Positions 31,945-42,600 of a stretch of DNA of 51,351 bases are shown here, piece by piece. The stretch spans positions 30,241-81,591 of the forward strand of contig CAYOKT010000002.1 of assembly GCA_964404605.1 (NCBI GenBank), given 5' to 3'. Position 1 is the first letter of the stretch, and every line of letters begins with the position of its first letter. Source of the DNA: an uncultured bacterium (GTDB lineage: Bacteria > Electryoneota > Electryoneia > Electryoneales > Electryoneaceae). Under the pieces are notes generated by a model. That model worked only from the letters and a program-made list of their open reading frames with translations, made no database searches and was not told the origin of the DNA. A program made the translations under genes and the position numbers.

Positions 31945-32646
31945 TCACCCGCCGATGAGAATCCCCGCCTGCACGGTGAGGAAACTGTCCGGAACGTCGG
32001 TTTCCTGGCCGCTGATGATGTAGTACTTGCCGAGGACCCGGAAGGCGAACGGGAAGGCCGGGGGTTTGATCTTCACCCCACCCGCGAGATGATAGGCGAA
32101 TTTCAGGTTGGCCTTGACATAGTCTTCCGGCTTCACCTCTTCATTCGCCGACTTGATGTTCTCCTTGAGGAGATCGGGTGTGACCACCGGTCCGAAAGCG
32201 TACAGCCCCACTCCGCCTCCCACCTGGAAGTGCAGGGTGCCGACCAGCGGCGGGAACTTGAACACATCCACCAGCGCCGTGGCATCCGCCCCCGCCCTCA
32301 GGTAGGGGATGGTCTCGGAGACATTCGGCTGGCCGGATCCGGCCGCGGGGATGAAAACGATGTCATAGCTGCTGAAGGCGCCCTCGATGCTGACCTGCAG
32401 GTCGACGACCGGCAACATGTTGAAGGTCAGATCCACGCCGATATTCAACGGCTGTCCCGATTCGGCGCGCGTCAATGTCGAGAGCCCGAACCCGCTCGCG
32501 GCGTCCTGTTCGAACTGGAAGCTGGCGGCGTTCAGCTCGGGGATGGTGGTCATGTCATACCCCACATGAACGCCGACACCCGCCATCACCGGGGTGGCCG
32601 AAAACGCAATAAACAACACCGCTACCGCCGTTTTCCTGTACCGCAT
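31945..32646 (-). CDS. putative outer-membrane beta-barrel protein
   Basis: 233-aa ORF with a signal peptide (AVAVLFIAFSATPVMAG), alternating hydrophobic beta-strand patterning, and a GGGAGGAA RBS upstream. Confidence 0.5.
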   Translation of the reverse strand: MRYRKTAVAVLFIAFSATPVMAGVGVHVGYDMTTIPELNAASFQFEQDAASGFGLSTLTRAESGQPLNIGVDLTFNMLPVVDLQVSIEGAFSSYDIVFIPAAGSGQPNVSETIPYLRAGADATALVDVFKFPPLVGTLHFQVGGGVGLYAFGPVVTPDLLKENIKSANEEVKPEDYVKANLKFAYHLAGGVKIKPPAFPFAFRVLGKYYIISGQETDVPDSFLTVQAGILIGG

Positions 32647-32697
32647 CCGTTCCTCCCTGCCTGAAGTTCAGCGTGTGATACTGCCGGATACTATCCT

Positions 32698-33462
32698 CTA
32701 CACGACAAGCCCGTCAAGGGACTCGGTTTCCATCCGTTCCAGCGGCGCGAACACCTCCTCGAAGGCCTCCGCCAGGATCTCACGTATTTCCTCAAGTGAA
32801 CCACGGTACCCCGCCTCATGCAAGCAGATCGTCCGCTTATGCAGTGCGTCACGCAGGGCTCCTCTCCGCTCGCTCGTCACCCCCGACAGCACATCGACGA
32901 TCTCGAGATGGTCTTCGCCCGCGAGGATCGAGCCGTGCTGCAACACCACGCCGCGCAAGCGGCGCTGCGCGCTGCCGACCAGCTTCTTCCCCCGCACCTG
33001 GACTTCGTGCCGCGTGGCGCTGGAGAAGCAGAGACGCGGCAGGTCGCCTTTCGGCGCCGCGAGGAGCGCCGGGTCCGCCGCCGGGTCCGCCTGCACGCCC
33101 AACCGGCGCAAGCCCTGTACGAGGGCGAGGCTCACCAGGTTGTAGACCCCCCGGTGCAGGGGAGCGTCCTCCTCAAGCCCCTTCTCGGCGACGGTAATGC
33201 TGTACACCAGGTCGCCCTTGTGCAGCACCGCCCGGCCGCCGGTCGGCCGGCGGACGATGTCGAACCCCCGCCCGCGGCAGGCCGCCCGGTCGATGTCCCC
33301 CTCGCGCTGGTGGTAGCCGAGGGAGACCGCGGGCGGGAGAAAGCGGTACAGCCTGATGCGCGTGCGCCCGTCCCAGGCCGTCGCGGCCGCCATCCGGCGA
33401 TCGATTTCCATCTGCACGGCGCCCGGGCCGTCCGGACCGAGCGCCAGCCAGCCGGGTTTCAC
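32698..33462 (-). CDS. lipoate/octanoate-protein ligase family protein (BPL_LplA_LipB domain only)
   Basis: 254-aa protein from GTG 33462, in GTGA overlap with the lpxA stop. Blocks present: RLYRFLPPAVSLGYHQ, IVRRPTGGRAVLH and VRGKKLVGSAQRR (catalytic Lys region). Confidence 0.75.
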   Translation of the reverse strand: MKPGWLALGPDGPGAVQMEIDRRMAAATAWDGRTRIRLYRFLPPAVSLGYHQREGDIDRAACRGRGFDIVRRPTGGRAVLHKGDLVYSITVAEKGLEEDAPLHRGVYNLVSLALVQGLRRLGVQADPAADPALLAAPKGDLPRLCFSSATRHEVQVRGKKLVGSAQRRLRGVVLQHGSILAGEDHLEIVDVLSGVTSERRGALRDALHKRTICLHEAGYRGSLEEIREILAEAFEEVFAPLERMETESLDGLVV

Positions 33463-34235
33463 TTCATGATCCCCCGGTCGCCGCGCGTCTCGAAGAACTC
33501 GAGGATCAGCTTCACCTCGGGGGTGTCTTCCACCTCCTCCTTCACCCGTTCCAGCGCTTGAGAAATGTTCAACCCGCTGCGATACAACAGTTTGTACGTG
33601 TGATGCAGGGGAGCGATCTGTTCCCTGGTGAAGCCGCGCCGCTGGAGGCCGACGACATTGAGCCCCTTGTAGGTCATCGGGTCGCCCGCCGCGCGGACGA
33701 AGGGGGGAACATCGGAGGGCACGCGCCACCCGCCGCCGACGAAGGCGTGAGGCCCGATGCGGACGAACTGGTGGATCGGCACCATCCCGCCGATGATCGC
33801 CCAGTCCGCGATCTCCACGTGCCCGCCCATGTTCACCGCGTTCGCCAGGATGACATGCTCCCCGATGATACAGTCGTGGGCGACATGGGCGTAGGCCATG
33901 ATGAGGCAGTCGCTCCCGATTTCGGTCCTGCCGTGTGCGGCGGTTCCCCGGTTCAGGGTGGCGAACTCGCGGATCGTCGTCCGGTCCCCGACCTCGAGGG
34001 TGGTCTCCTCCCCGCCGAACTTGAGGTCCTGGGGGTCGCTGCCGACCACCGCGCCCTTGTGCACCTTCACCCCTTTACCGAGACGGGCCCAGCGGGTGAT
34101 GTAGGCCTGCGGGCCGACCCGGCATCCCTCGCCGAGCACGGCGCCGGGTTCGATCACGGCGAACGGACCGACTTCGACATCCTCGCCGAGATCGGCGCCG
34201 GAATCCACGCTCGCCAGGGGATGAATCGTCGCCAT
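33459..34235 (-). CDS. lpxA: acyl-ACP--UDP-GlcNAc O-acyltransferase
   Basis: 258-aa protein from ATG 34235 (MATIHPLASV...). Left-handed beta-helix hexapeptide repeats, plus a C-terminal LpxA helical domain (GLNVVGLQRRGF...). Confidence 0.9.
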   Translation of the reverse strand: MATIHPLASVDSGADLGEDVEVGPFAVIEPGAVLGEGCRVGPQAYITRWARLGKGVKVHKGAVVGSDPQDLKFGGEETTLEVGDRTTIREFATLNRGTAAHGRTEIGSDCLIMAYAHVAHDCIIGEHVILANAVNMGGHVEIADWAIIGGMVPIHQFVRIGPHAFVGGGWRVPSDVPPFVRAAGDPMTYKGLNVVGLQRRGFTREQIAPLHHTYKLLYRSGLNISQALERVKEEVEDTPEVKLILEFFETRGDRGIMK

Positions 34236-34240
34236 CGGAG

Positions 34241-35635
34241 TCACCTCTCTCGAATCACGGCCTGCATTTCGGCCTGGGCGGCCATCTCCTCGCCCACGTA
34301 GGCGGTTCCCTTCATCTTGCAGATGCCGCGCCGGAAGTAGATCATCTCCACGCGGATGAACAACTGGTCGCCGGGGACGACCGGCCGGCGCCACTTCACA
34401 TTGTCCAGCCCCGTGAAGTAGACGAGGTGCTTCTCCGGGTCCTTGTCCATGTTGAGCAGCAGAACGCCCCCGACCTGCCCCATCGCCTCGATGATCAGCA
34501 CCCCGGGCATGATCGGGTGCTCGGGGAAATGCCCCTGGAAGAAGGGCTCGTTGATCGTCACATTCTTGATCCCGGTGACCAGCTCCCCGGGGACGAGTTC
34601 GAGGATCCGGTCGACGAGGAGGAAGGGGTAACGATGGGGGAGAATCCTCTCGATGGCGGTGATGTCGAAGACGAAGCCGGAAACCTCCCGCCGCTGATAT
34701 TTTTTCGTCAACTGGCGGGTGTTGTAGATCTTCCGCATCTTGCGGACCATCTCGACATGGGCGCCGTGCCCCGCCCGCGCCGCGAGGACATGGCCACGGA
34801 TGGAGAAACCGAGCAGGGCGAAATCGCCGATCAGGTCCACCACCTTGTGGCGCACCGGCTCGTTGTAGAAGCGCAGCGGCCGGTCATCCAGGATTCCCGT
34901 GCTCCCCAGCTTCGGCTTCCGCTCCGTCTCGAACAGCTTCTGCAGCCGGTCGAGTTCGTCGGCATCCAGGTCGCGGTCCACGATGACCAGTCCGCTGTCG
35001 AGGGAGGCGCCCTTGATCAGGCCGGCCAACTTGAGCTGCTCCACCTCGCTCAAGAAGGCGAACGTGCGGGCCGGGGCGAACTCGGTGACATACTCCTCTT
35101 CCAGGTTGTACATCGAGGTGTACTGGGTGCCCAGCGCCGGGTTGCGGTAATCCACCATGTAGGTGATGCGGAACTCGTCGGATGGAACGACCACCAGGTC
35201 GATCCCCTGTTCCTCGTTGTGGTAGATGAGGGTCTGGTTGATCTCGAGATACTCTTTCGGCGCCTCCTGTTCGACGAAGCCGACGGAGAGCAGGGCATCG
35301 ACGAAGGGTTTCGCGCTGCCATCGGTCACCGGCGGCTCGACGTTGTCGAGGGAGACGATGCAGTTGTCGATCGCGAGGCCCGCCAGCGCGGAGAGCACGT
35401 GTTCGATGGTGTGCACCTTCACATCGCCCTGGGCGATGGTCGTGCCGCGGGTGATGTCGATGACGTGGTCGATGTCCGCCTTGATCAGGGGCCCGCCGTT
35501 CAGGTCTTCCCGCTGGAAGGCGTAACCCGTTCCCACCGGGGCGGGCTTGAAGGTCATCCGGGTCTTCACGCCGGTGTGGAGACCGACTCCCTCAAGACTG
35601 ACCGCCTTGGCGATCGTCCGTTGATTCTCGAGCAA
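34241..35635 (-). CDS. lpxC-fabZ: bifunctional UDP-3-O-acyl-GlcNAc deacetylase / 3-hydroxyacyl-ACP dehydratase
   Basis: 464-aa ORF. The N-terminal LpxC region has QRTIAKAVSLEGVGLHTG and HTIEHVLSAL. The C-terminal FabZ hot-dog region has LPHRYPFLLVDRI...FFQGHFPEHPIMPGVLIIEAMGQ. This fusion is typical of Bacteroidota-related lineages. Confidence 0.92.
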   Translation of the reverse strand: MLENQRTIAKAVSLEGVGLHTGVKTRMTFKPAPVGTGYAFQREDLNGGPLIKADIDHVIDITRGTTIAQGDVKVHTIEHVLSALAGLAIDNCIVSLDNVEPPVTDGSAKPFVDALLSVGFVEQEAPKEYLEINQTLIYHNEEQGIDLVVVPSDEFRITYMVDYRNPALGTQYTSMYNLEEEYVTEFAPARTFAFLSEVEQLKLAGLIKGASLDSGLVIVDRDLDADELDRLQKLFETERKPKLGSTGILDDRPLRFYNEPVRHKVVDLIGDFALLGFSIRGHVLAARAGHGAHVEMVRKMRKIYNTRQLTKKYQRREVSGFVFDITAIERILPHRYPFLLVDRILELVPGELVTGIKNVTINEPFFQGHFPEHPIMPGVLIIEAMGQVGGVLLLNMDKDPEKHLVYFTGLDNVKWRRPVVPGDQLFIRVEMIYFRRGICKMKGTAYVGEEMAAQAEMQAVIRER

Positions 35636-35649
35636 ACTACTCCCTCCCT

Positions 35650-36660
35650 TCAGTCTTTACTCCCCTCGAGGTTCCGGACGCGCTTGAACAGGTCCGGCAA
35701 GCGGCTGAGGGCCGCCTCGATACGGTGCCAGGCATTGATTTCCCGGGCCGGGTACCCGGCTACGACGGTGTTCTCTTCGAAATCTCGATGCAGGCCGGTC
35801 TTCGCCGCCGCCTTGATCCCGTCGCTGAGACGCAGGTGGCCGTTGATGCCCACCTGCCCGCCGAACATGCTCCTCCGCCCGATGGTTGTGCTGCCGGCGA
35901 CACCCGATTGCGCGGCGATCACCGTATCCGCGCCGACGACGACGTTGTGGGCGATCTGTACCAGGTTGTCGAGCTTCACCCCGCGCTCGATACGCGTCTC
36001 GCCGAGGGTGGCGCGGTCTATGGTGGTGTTGGCGCCCAGTTCGACATCATCCTCGATGACGACGATTCCCACCTGCGGAATTTTCAGGTAGCCTTCCTCG
36101 CCCGGCGCGAAGCCGAAACCATCGGACCCGACGACTGCGCCGTCCTGCAGGATGACGCGGTCCCCGATCCGGCACCCTTCCCGGATGCTGACGCGGGAGT
36201 GGAAAAGGCACTGCGCCCCGACGCTCACATTCCGCCCGACGAAGCACTGGGAGCGGAGCACGGTTCCCTCGCCGATGGTGACCCCCTCCTCGAGGACGCA
36301 GAGTGGGCCGATGCTGACGTTTTCCCCGAGATGAACCGTTTCGGCGACGACGGCGGAAGGATGCACTCCGGGGGCGGGCGGCGGAGGCTCGGGGTGGAAG
36401 ATGCGCAGGGCGCCCATGAAAGCCCCGTAGGGGTCCTCGGTGAGCAGCCAGGTGGTCCCACCCTCCCCCGGCTCCCCCGCGAGGATCACCGCCCCGGCGC
36501 GTGTCTTCGCGAGGTATTTCCGGTACGCGGGATTGGCGACGAAGGTGACCTCGCGCGGTCCGGCCTCTTCGATCTTGGCCACACCATCGAGCTCGAGGGA
36601 TTCATCGCCGAGGACCCGTGCACCGATCCGCTCCGCGAGTTGCCCGGCGGTGATACTCAT
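35650..36660 (-). CDS. lpxD: UDP-3-O-acylglucosamine N-acyltransferase
   Basis: 336-aa ORF with the N-terminal LpxD domain followed by hexapeptide repeats. Conserved position between skp and lpxC-fabZ. Confidence 0.9.
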   Translation of the reverse strand: MSITAGQLAERIGARVLGDESLELDGVAKIEEAGPREVTFVANPAYRKYLAKTRAGAVILAGEPGEGGTTWLLTEDPYGAFMGALRIFHPEPPPPAPGVHPSAVVAETVHLGENVSIGPLCVLEEGVTIGEGTVLRSQCFVGRNVSVGAQCLFHSRVSIREGCRIGDRVILQDGAVVGSDGFGFAPGEEGYLKIPQVGIVVIEDDVELGANTTIDRATLGETRIERGVKLDNLVQIAHNVVVGADTVIAAQSGVAGSTTIGRRSMFGGQVGINGHLRLSDGIKAAAKTGLHRDFEENTVVAGYPAREINAWHRIEAALSRLPDLFKRVRNLEGSKD

Positions 36661-37166
36661 TGCTTCTTCAGCTCTTCGAGGACAAGGTCCGTGATGTCGA
36701 GGGATGGATCGGCGTAGGCGATGTTGGTCCCCACCGCATCCAGGATGAGGTCGAAGCCCTCCTCGGCGGCGATCTTGTCGATCACCTTCTGGATCTTGTC
36801 GTTGATCGGCTGGAAGAGTTCCTGGTTCCGCTGCATCGCGCGAGTCTCGATCTGGTTCTGGAAGTCGCGGTATTCGGCGAGTTTGCGCTGGAACTCGTCC
36901 TGCTTCTCCGCTTTCTTCTCCTCGGAGTAGAACATCATCGCCTGCTGGTTGAGTTCATCGCTCAGCGACTGCAACTCGTCCTGCTTCTCCTGCGCCTGGC
37001 GCTGCCATTCCTGTATCTCGTCGCTGAGTGTGCGCTGGGCGTCCTGGGCCTCCGGGTACTCCTCGAGAATGCGGGAGGAGACGATGATGCCGATTTTCGC
37101 CTCTTTCGCCGTCGCCGCGGCGGCCAGAACCAGAAGCAGGAAGAGCGCCTTTGCCATCGTCTTCAT
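36657..37166 (-). CDS. skp: OmpH/Skp-family periplasmic chaperone
   Basis: 169-aa ORF with a signal peptide and a Gln/Glu/Lys-rich coiled-coil body. Located immediately downstream of bamA. Confidence 0.85.
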   Translation of the reverse strand: MKTMAKALFLLLVLAAAATAKEAKIGIIVSSRILEEYPEAQDAQRTLSDEIQEWQRQAQEKQDELQSLSDELNQQAMMFYSEEKKAEKQDEFQRKLAEYRDFQNQIETRAMQRNQELFQPINDKIQKVIDKIAAEEGFDLILDAVGTNIAYADPSLDITDLVLEELKKQ

Positions 37167-37190
37167 GGAACGTCTCCTATGGTGAAACTA

Positions 37191-39539
37191 TTAAAAAGTT
37201 CTGCCGAATTGGAAAGCCGGCACCCATCTGCCGCTTCTTCGCCCGCTGGAATCGACGTAATCGAAGCCGTAACCGTAATCCAGACCGATGAGACCGATGA
37301 ACGGCATGAACAGCCGCACCCCGACCCCCATGGAACGGCGGAGGTCGCTGAGGTCCATTTCGCTCCGTGTCAGCCAGGTGTTGCCCGCCTCGGCGAACAC
37401 GAGGCCGAATACGGTCGGATTGGGAATGAGCGGAACACGCAGCTCGATCGACTGCTTGAAAAGGCTGGTCCCGCCGACCGCATAGCCCCCGACGACGGTC
37501 TGCGGACCGACACTCCGCTCCTCGTACCCGCGCAGGGACTCCCCGAAGCTGATCCCGCTGCCGCCCATGAAGAAGTAGTCGATGTACGGGATCGCCGAGG
37601 GGTCGCTGGAAAGGCTGAACAGCAGCCCGGTGCGGGTCTGGCTGTACAGCACCAGTTTCCGGTTGATCGGGAAGTACCACTCCATGCTGAGGGAATGCTT
37701 GTGGTACTGGTCGTCTCCCCCGAACACGCTGCCCGCGAGCTCCACCGAATAGCTGAAAACGCTTCCCCGGGACGGGAACTCCGGGTTGTCGCGGCTGTCG
37801 CGGGTGATGATCTGGGTGAGGGAGCTGCTCCAGCGGGGCACGCCCTCCTGAAGCTCGCGCGGGTTGGTCTCCTTGAAGGACTGGGAGAAATTGGAGTACA
37901 ACGCCCGCTCGAGCTTGTAAATCCAGTCCCCGCGGGTGTAATCGTCCGGCCACTTGAAACGGCGGCCGATGCGGATGCTGCCGCCGGTGACATTCTCATC
38001 GAACCCGTAAAACGTCCCGCCACGGCGCAGGTCGAAGAAGCTGACCCCGCCGAGGGTGGGCGTGTTGAACATCCAGGGCTCGGTGAAGCTGATCGAGAAG
38101 CTGCGGTAGATCTGCCCGAAATTCCAGTCGAGGCTGAATCGCTGCCCGTTGCCGAGGAAGTTCGGCATCGCGAACCCGACCGCCCCGATGATCCCGTCCC
38201 GCTCGCTGTACCCCGCCGACAGGCTCGCCTGGTCGGTGGGCTTCTCCTCGACATCCACGAGGAGATCGACCTCGTCCTCGCTCACCGGAATGACATCCGG
38301 CGTGATGTTCGAGAAGTAGTTCAGAATGGTCAGCTCACGGACGCTGCGGCGGAGTTTGGACACATCGAAGGTCTCCCCGGGATAGAGGACGATCTCCCGG
38401 CGAATGACCTTTTCCTTGGTCTTGGAATTGCCGATTACGTTGATTTTACGAACCTTGAACTGGTTCCCTTCGCTGATCTGGAAGTGCACGTCGAGGGTGT
38501 CCGTCCCTCGCGGGACGAGCAGGGGGTTGATGCGGGAGTAGATATACCCGCGATCATAATAGAGGTCCCCCAACCGCTGCGCGGTGGTCAGGGTCAGCTT
38601 CTCCTCGCTGTATTCATCCCCGGGCTTGAAGGCGAGCTGGGCGAGCAGCTCCTCCGTGGTGAACAGGCGGTTCCCCTCGAAGCTGACTTCTCCGAACTTG
38701 TAGAGGTTCCCTTCGTTGATATCGATCCGGAGGATCATCCGCTTCCGATCCTCGGTGTAGTAGATGCTGTCACCGAGCACCTCGGCGTCACGGTAACCGT
38801 GATTCCGGTAGAAGGCGACCAGGTTGTCGAGATCGGCCTCATATTCGATGGGATCGAACGAGCCGCTGCGCAGGAAACCGCGCTGCTTGGTCTTCTTCAA
38901 CTGCTTGCGAAGGATCCGGTCCTTGAACGCCGTGTTGCCGCTGAACTCGATTCGCTTGATCCGGACCTTCTTGTTCTCGTGGACCTTCACCTCGAGCACC
39001 TTTTTCATCGGGTCATCGGTGTCGAGGACATTCATCTCGACTTCGGCGAGCAGGTATCCCTTCTCATGGTAGGTGTCGAGCAGCTTCTGCTTCGCACGCT
39101 GCACGCGCGCGGGGCGAAGGACCTGGCCCTTGTACAGGTTGAGAAGCTCCTCGATTTCGTCATCCTTGACCTTCTTGTTCCCGCTCAGTTCGATCCTCTC
39201 CAGCCGGGGATACTCCTGCACCTGGATGAGGAAGAAGCCCCCGTCCGCGACCTCGCGTTCCAGCAGGATCTCGACGTTGCTGAAGAGGTTCAAGCCCCAG
39301 ATGCGGCGTATCGCCTTTTGAATATCCTCGCCCTTCACCTCCTTGCCGACGACAAGGCCGGAGTTGGCGATGATCAAACCCGGATCGGCGGTCACGGCCC
39401 CCGTGACACGCACCCCCAGCACCTTGATACCCCGCTGGGGCTGGGCCTGATTCTGCGCGCCCGCGGGGACGGTGAGGACGGGAAATCCAATCAGCAGCAG
39501 GAAGAAAACGACCAGTAGAGTGCGACGAAAAAGAGTCAT
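37191..39539 (-). CDS. bamA: outer membrane protein assembly factor BamA
   Basis: 782-aa ORF with a signal peptide, repeated POTRA units (e.g. I..I.V.GN....D..I) and a C-terminal Omp85 barrel ending ...VPAFQFGRTF. Confidence 0.9.
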   Translation of the reverse strand: MTLFRRTLLVVFFLLLIGFPVLTVPAGAQNQAQPQRGIKVLGVRVTGAVTADPGLIIANSGLVVGKEVKGEDIQKAIRRIWGLNLFSNVEILLEREVADGGFFLIQVQEYPRLERIELSGNKKVKDDEIEELLNLYKGQVLRPARVQRAKQKLLDTYHEKGYLLAEVEMNVLDTDDPMKKVLEVKVHENKKVRIKRIEFSGNTAFKDRILRKQLKKTKQRGFLRSGSFDPIEYEADLDNLVAFYRNHGYRDAEVLGDSIYYTEDRKRMILRIDINEGNLYKFGEVSFEGNRLFTTEELLAQLAFKPGDEYSEEKLTLTTAQRLGDLYYDRGYIYSRINPLLVPRGTDTLDVHFQISEGNQFKVRKINVIGNSKTKEKVIRREIVLYPGETFDVSKLRRSVRELTILNYFSNITPDVIPVSEDEVDLLVDVEEKPTDQASLSAGYSERDGIIGAVGFAMPNFLGNGQRFSLDWNFGQIYRSFSISFTEPWMFNTPTLGGVSFFDLRRGGTFYGFDENVTGGSIRIGRRFKWPDDYTRGDWIYKLERALYSNFSQSFKETNPRELQEGVPRWSSSLTQIITRDSRDNPEFPSRGSVFSYSVELAGSVFGGDDQYHKHSLSMEWYFPINRKLVLYSQTRTGLLFSLSSDPSAIPYIDYFFMGGSGISFGESLRGYEERSVGPQTVVGGYAVGGTSLFKQSIELRVPLIPNPTVFGLVFAEAGNTWLTRSEMDLSDLRRSMGVGVRLFMPFIGLIGLDYGYGFDYVDSSGRRSGRWVPAFQFGRTF

Positions 39540-39695
39540 GATCCACCGTGATGAGTTGAACCTTCAAAGGTAGCGGATACGTACCGGAAAGAAAAGAGCA
39601 CTTTCCGATTGACCGGCTCCGACAGTGGTCCGCCCGTTCCGCGCCGGTCAAGCCGCCCCGCCGCCCGTTCCCGCCTGCTCGAACCCGTGAAACGT

Positions 39696-42600
39696 TCAGA
39701 ACACGAAAGCATACTTCAGACGGATCGAACGGTTGTTAATATCCTCGACATTGTCGTACTGCCACTCCCCCTCGACGAGGAAGTTGGGAGAGATGGCTGA
39801 GATACGGTACTCGAGGTTCCAGGTCTGCAGCAGGCCCACCCGTCCCGGTTCCGCGCCGGTGAGGGTCGTGTACCGGGGATCCCCGCCGAGCCGCCCGGTG
39901 TAGCTGAAGAACAGGTCCCGGTTGATGTATTTCCCCACCGTGACCGAACTCGCCATGAAGTAGCGCGCCGCGAGGCTCGTGCCCTCCACCTGCTGCTGCT
40001 CGGTGGGATCCTCGCTGACCCGGCTCCTGAGAACATTCTGCGCGAACGTCGGATTGATCCTCACGATGTCGAGGCCAAGCAGCCGCGCGACATCACGCTC
40101 GATCGGTCTGAGCAGCCGTCGCGTCACCGCACGGTTGACGGCTTCGGCACCGATGCTGGTGAACCGTTCGTTCAATTTCCCCTGCTGGTACCCGAGGGCG
40201 GCGAGCAGCTCCTCCTGGCCGAGAGTCGGGTCCTGGGGATCCTCGAGGACGAAGGTGAACTCCCCCCACCGCCCCTTCGTGCTGCGCTGGCCGGTTGTCG
40301 GATCGATCACGTAGAGGGTGAGATCGATTTTCCGCGTGAACCCCGTCTCCGGGTCGAGCACCCCCGCCTCCGCTCTCCCGCTGGCCACCGGGAGAATGGA
40401 GGTCTGGTCGAAAACCAGATCCGCATGTTGCATCTGGAACTGGAGATCGAGAAAATCGATCGTGCCCCGTGTCGAAACCAGTTCTCCGACGAGACGGAAG
40501 GAATTGTCGGAGAGGCGGCCCCGCAGCTCCAGCGGCCTGTCCGGATCCTGCGGTTCGATCTCGATGTCCACGTCGATCTGATCGAACAGGCCGGAGAAGG
40601 TTTCGAAAAACGGCGCGTTCTCCAGGCCCCGGATGCTCTTCTGGAAGCGGACATCCTGCGCGACCACGAGGCTGCTGTTCCAGCGCGCGTTTCTCAGCAG
40701 GCGAACGAAGGGGGAGGGCTTCTTCTTTTCGGTCGCGACGGGCGGATACGAGATCCGGGCGCGGGAGAGCGACATCCTGCCGCTCAGCAGCAGGCTGTCC
40801 GGCGGGCCGGAGATGAGGAACCAGTCTCCCCCATCCCGTCCGTGCATCGTCAACCGGGCATATTCGTTCGGCGGCATCACGCCCGGGATGCGGAACGGCA
40901 GGCCGCCGGCGCTCTTCGTCCGCAGCTTCAGGACGCCGAGATCCAGGCCGATGCCGCGGATCAGTATGGGCAGCCGCCCGGGATCGGAGGCATCGCCGCG
41001 TTCGTTCCGTATCTCCACCGGCGCGTCCCGGCCGATGACCCCGTCGAAGCGGTGGATCATGGCGTTTCCGTCGGCATCCACCTCCGCATCGACCATCACG
41101 TGGTCGAGCCCCGGAAGAACATCCGCAAACGTGAGGGAACCGTTGTTCAGGCGGATCGAACCACGGGTGGCGGCGAGCTTTCCGGCGACGATGGTGAACG
41201 TCCAGTTCACCTCTCCGCTCCCCGTCGGATCTCGGAAAAACGGGTTTATCTGCGGGAACAGGTCGAACAGGGCACCGCTCATCCGGGTCGTGATTTCACC
41301 GGCGCCCCGTTTCAGCGGCGCCGCGCCTTCGGCGTGCAACGTATACCGGCCCACGCGGTTCATGTCGAACCGGCGGATGTAAACCACGAGCCCCAGTCGT
41401 TTCGAGGTGATTCCTTCCAGGTCGACGGCGACGTCATCGAAGGCGATCCCGGCGACCTTCGCCTGGATGAGACGGAGATTCGCCGACCAGCGCGGAAGAA
41501 GGAGTTTCCCCGTCACCCGCCCGGACAGCGCCATTTCGCCTAGCAGCAGATTCGGTTTCCCGGTGAGCGCCCCGGCGAGAATGCCGGCATCGGTTCCGGG
41601 CGAGATGATCGCGATGTCCAGCTTATCCTCGGGAATGCCGTACTCCCCCGTCAGCCGGAGCAGGATCGACTCCGACCGCCCGAAGGAGCCTTCCTTGATG
41701 ACGAGGTTGTGCTGGATGTCGGTTTCGAGGGTGAGCAGACCCCAATAGGCCTGTTGGTCGCCGTACCAACCGTCGAACAGCTCGAAATGGGAGGTGATTT
41801 CCGGCCGGCGGAACGGCCCCGACAGGTCGATACGACCGTTGATCTTCCCCCCCACGCTGCCCTGCGGGAGCGATGTGATACGGTGGACGATGTCGTCCAG
41901 GTCGAGATCCTCAACCACCAGTTCCACCTTCTCGAACCGGCCGCCGGCGAAATCGAAGGCGCCGGCGAGCTGCAGGTAGTCCTTGAAGGTGAACCGGTTG
42001 ACCTCCAACTGTTTCTCCCGGTAGAGGAAATCCACATCGCCGTTGCCGATCATCTCGTCCGCCCGCCAGAGGGAATAGCTGTACGTCCCCTCGAACTTTT
42101 CCCCGGCCTTCGCCAACAGCAGGCTGCCGCTGATGTCGAGGTTGAAATCGGTCTCCGGGTCATGCAGGCTGGCGGCGCCGGCGGCGGAACCATCGGCCAG
42201 GTCCACCTCGACACTCGTCTCGATCCGTTCGAGGCGTTCCCCGAAAGCCCAGTCGGGATTCCACCACGCCGCGAGGATGTGTGGCTCTTTCACCGAGAAA
42301 TGGGTGGGATGGCCGACGGTGGAGGACAACTCGAAGGAGGCGTCGCGCTTTCGCGGCGAATAGAGATTCAAGCCCAGCCGGTACCCCTTCCCCGCGTAGT
42401 AGCCGGTTAACTCAGCGAGTGATGGGTCGCCCTCGGCCCTCGCGCGCCCCTGCGCTTCCACCTGCCATCCCCACTTCTTCCGATGGGTGATGGAGAGGTC
42501 GAAGTCCGCGCTTTTCGTCTCCACTCCGGCGGCCCATAGGGGCAGGTCTTCCGCCGATGCATCGCCCCCGGCATGGAGGTTCAGCGAGAAACCGCGCTTC

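Noticed and set aside
36660-39518. 952-aa plus-strand ORF antisense to skp and bamA. The same pattern holds for 16505-19132 (875 aa), 48094-50526 (810 aa), 25468-27735 (755 aa), 23232-25115 (627 aa) and other long plus-strand ORFs.
   Set aside because: Each mirrors a minus-strand gene with clear family motifs. The compositions are repetitive and Arg/Pro/Gly-rich. I found no independent evidence of coding, so I treat them as stop-codon-poor antisense frames.
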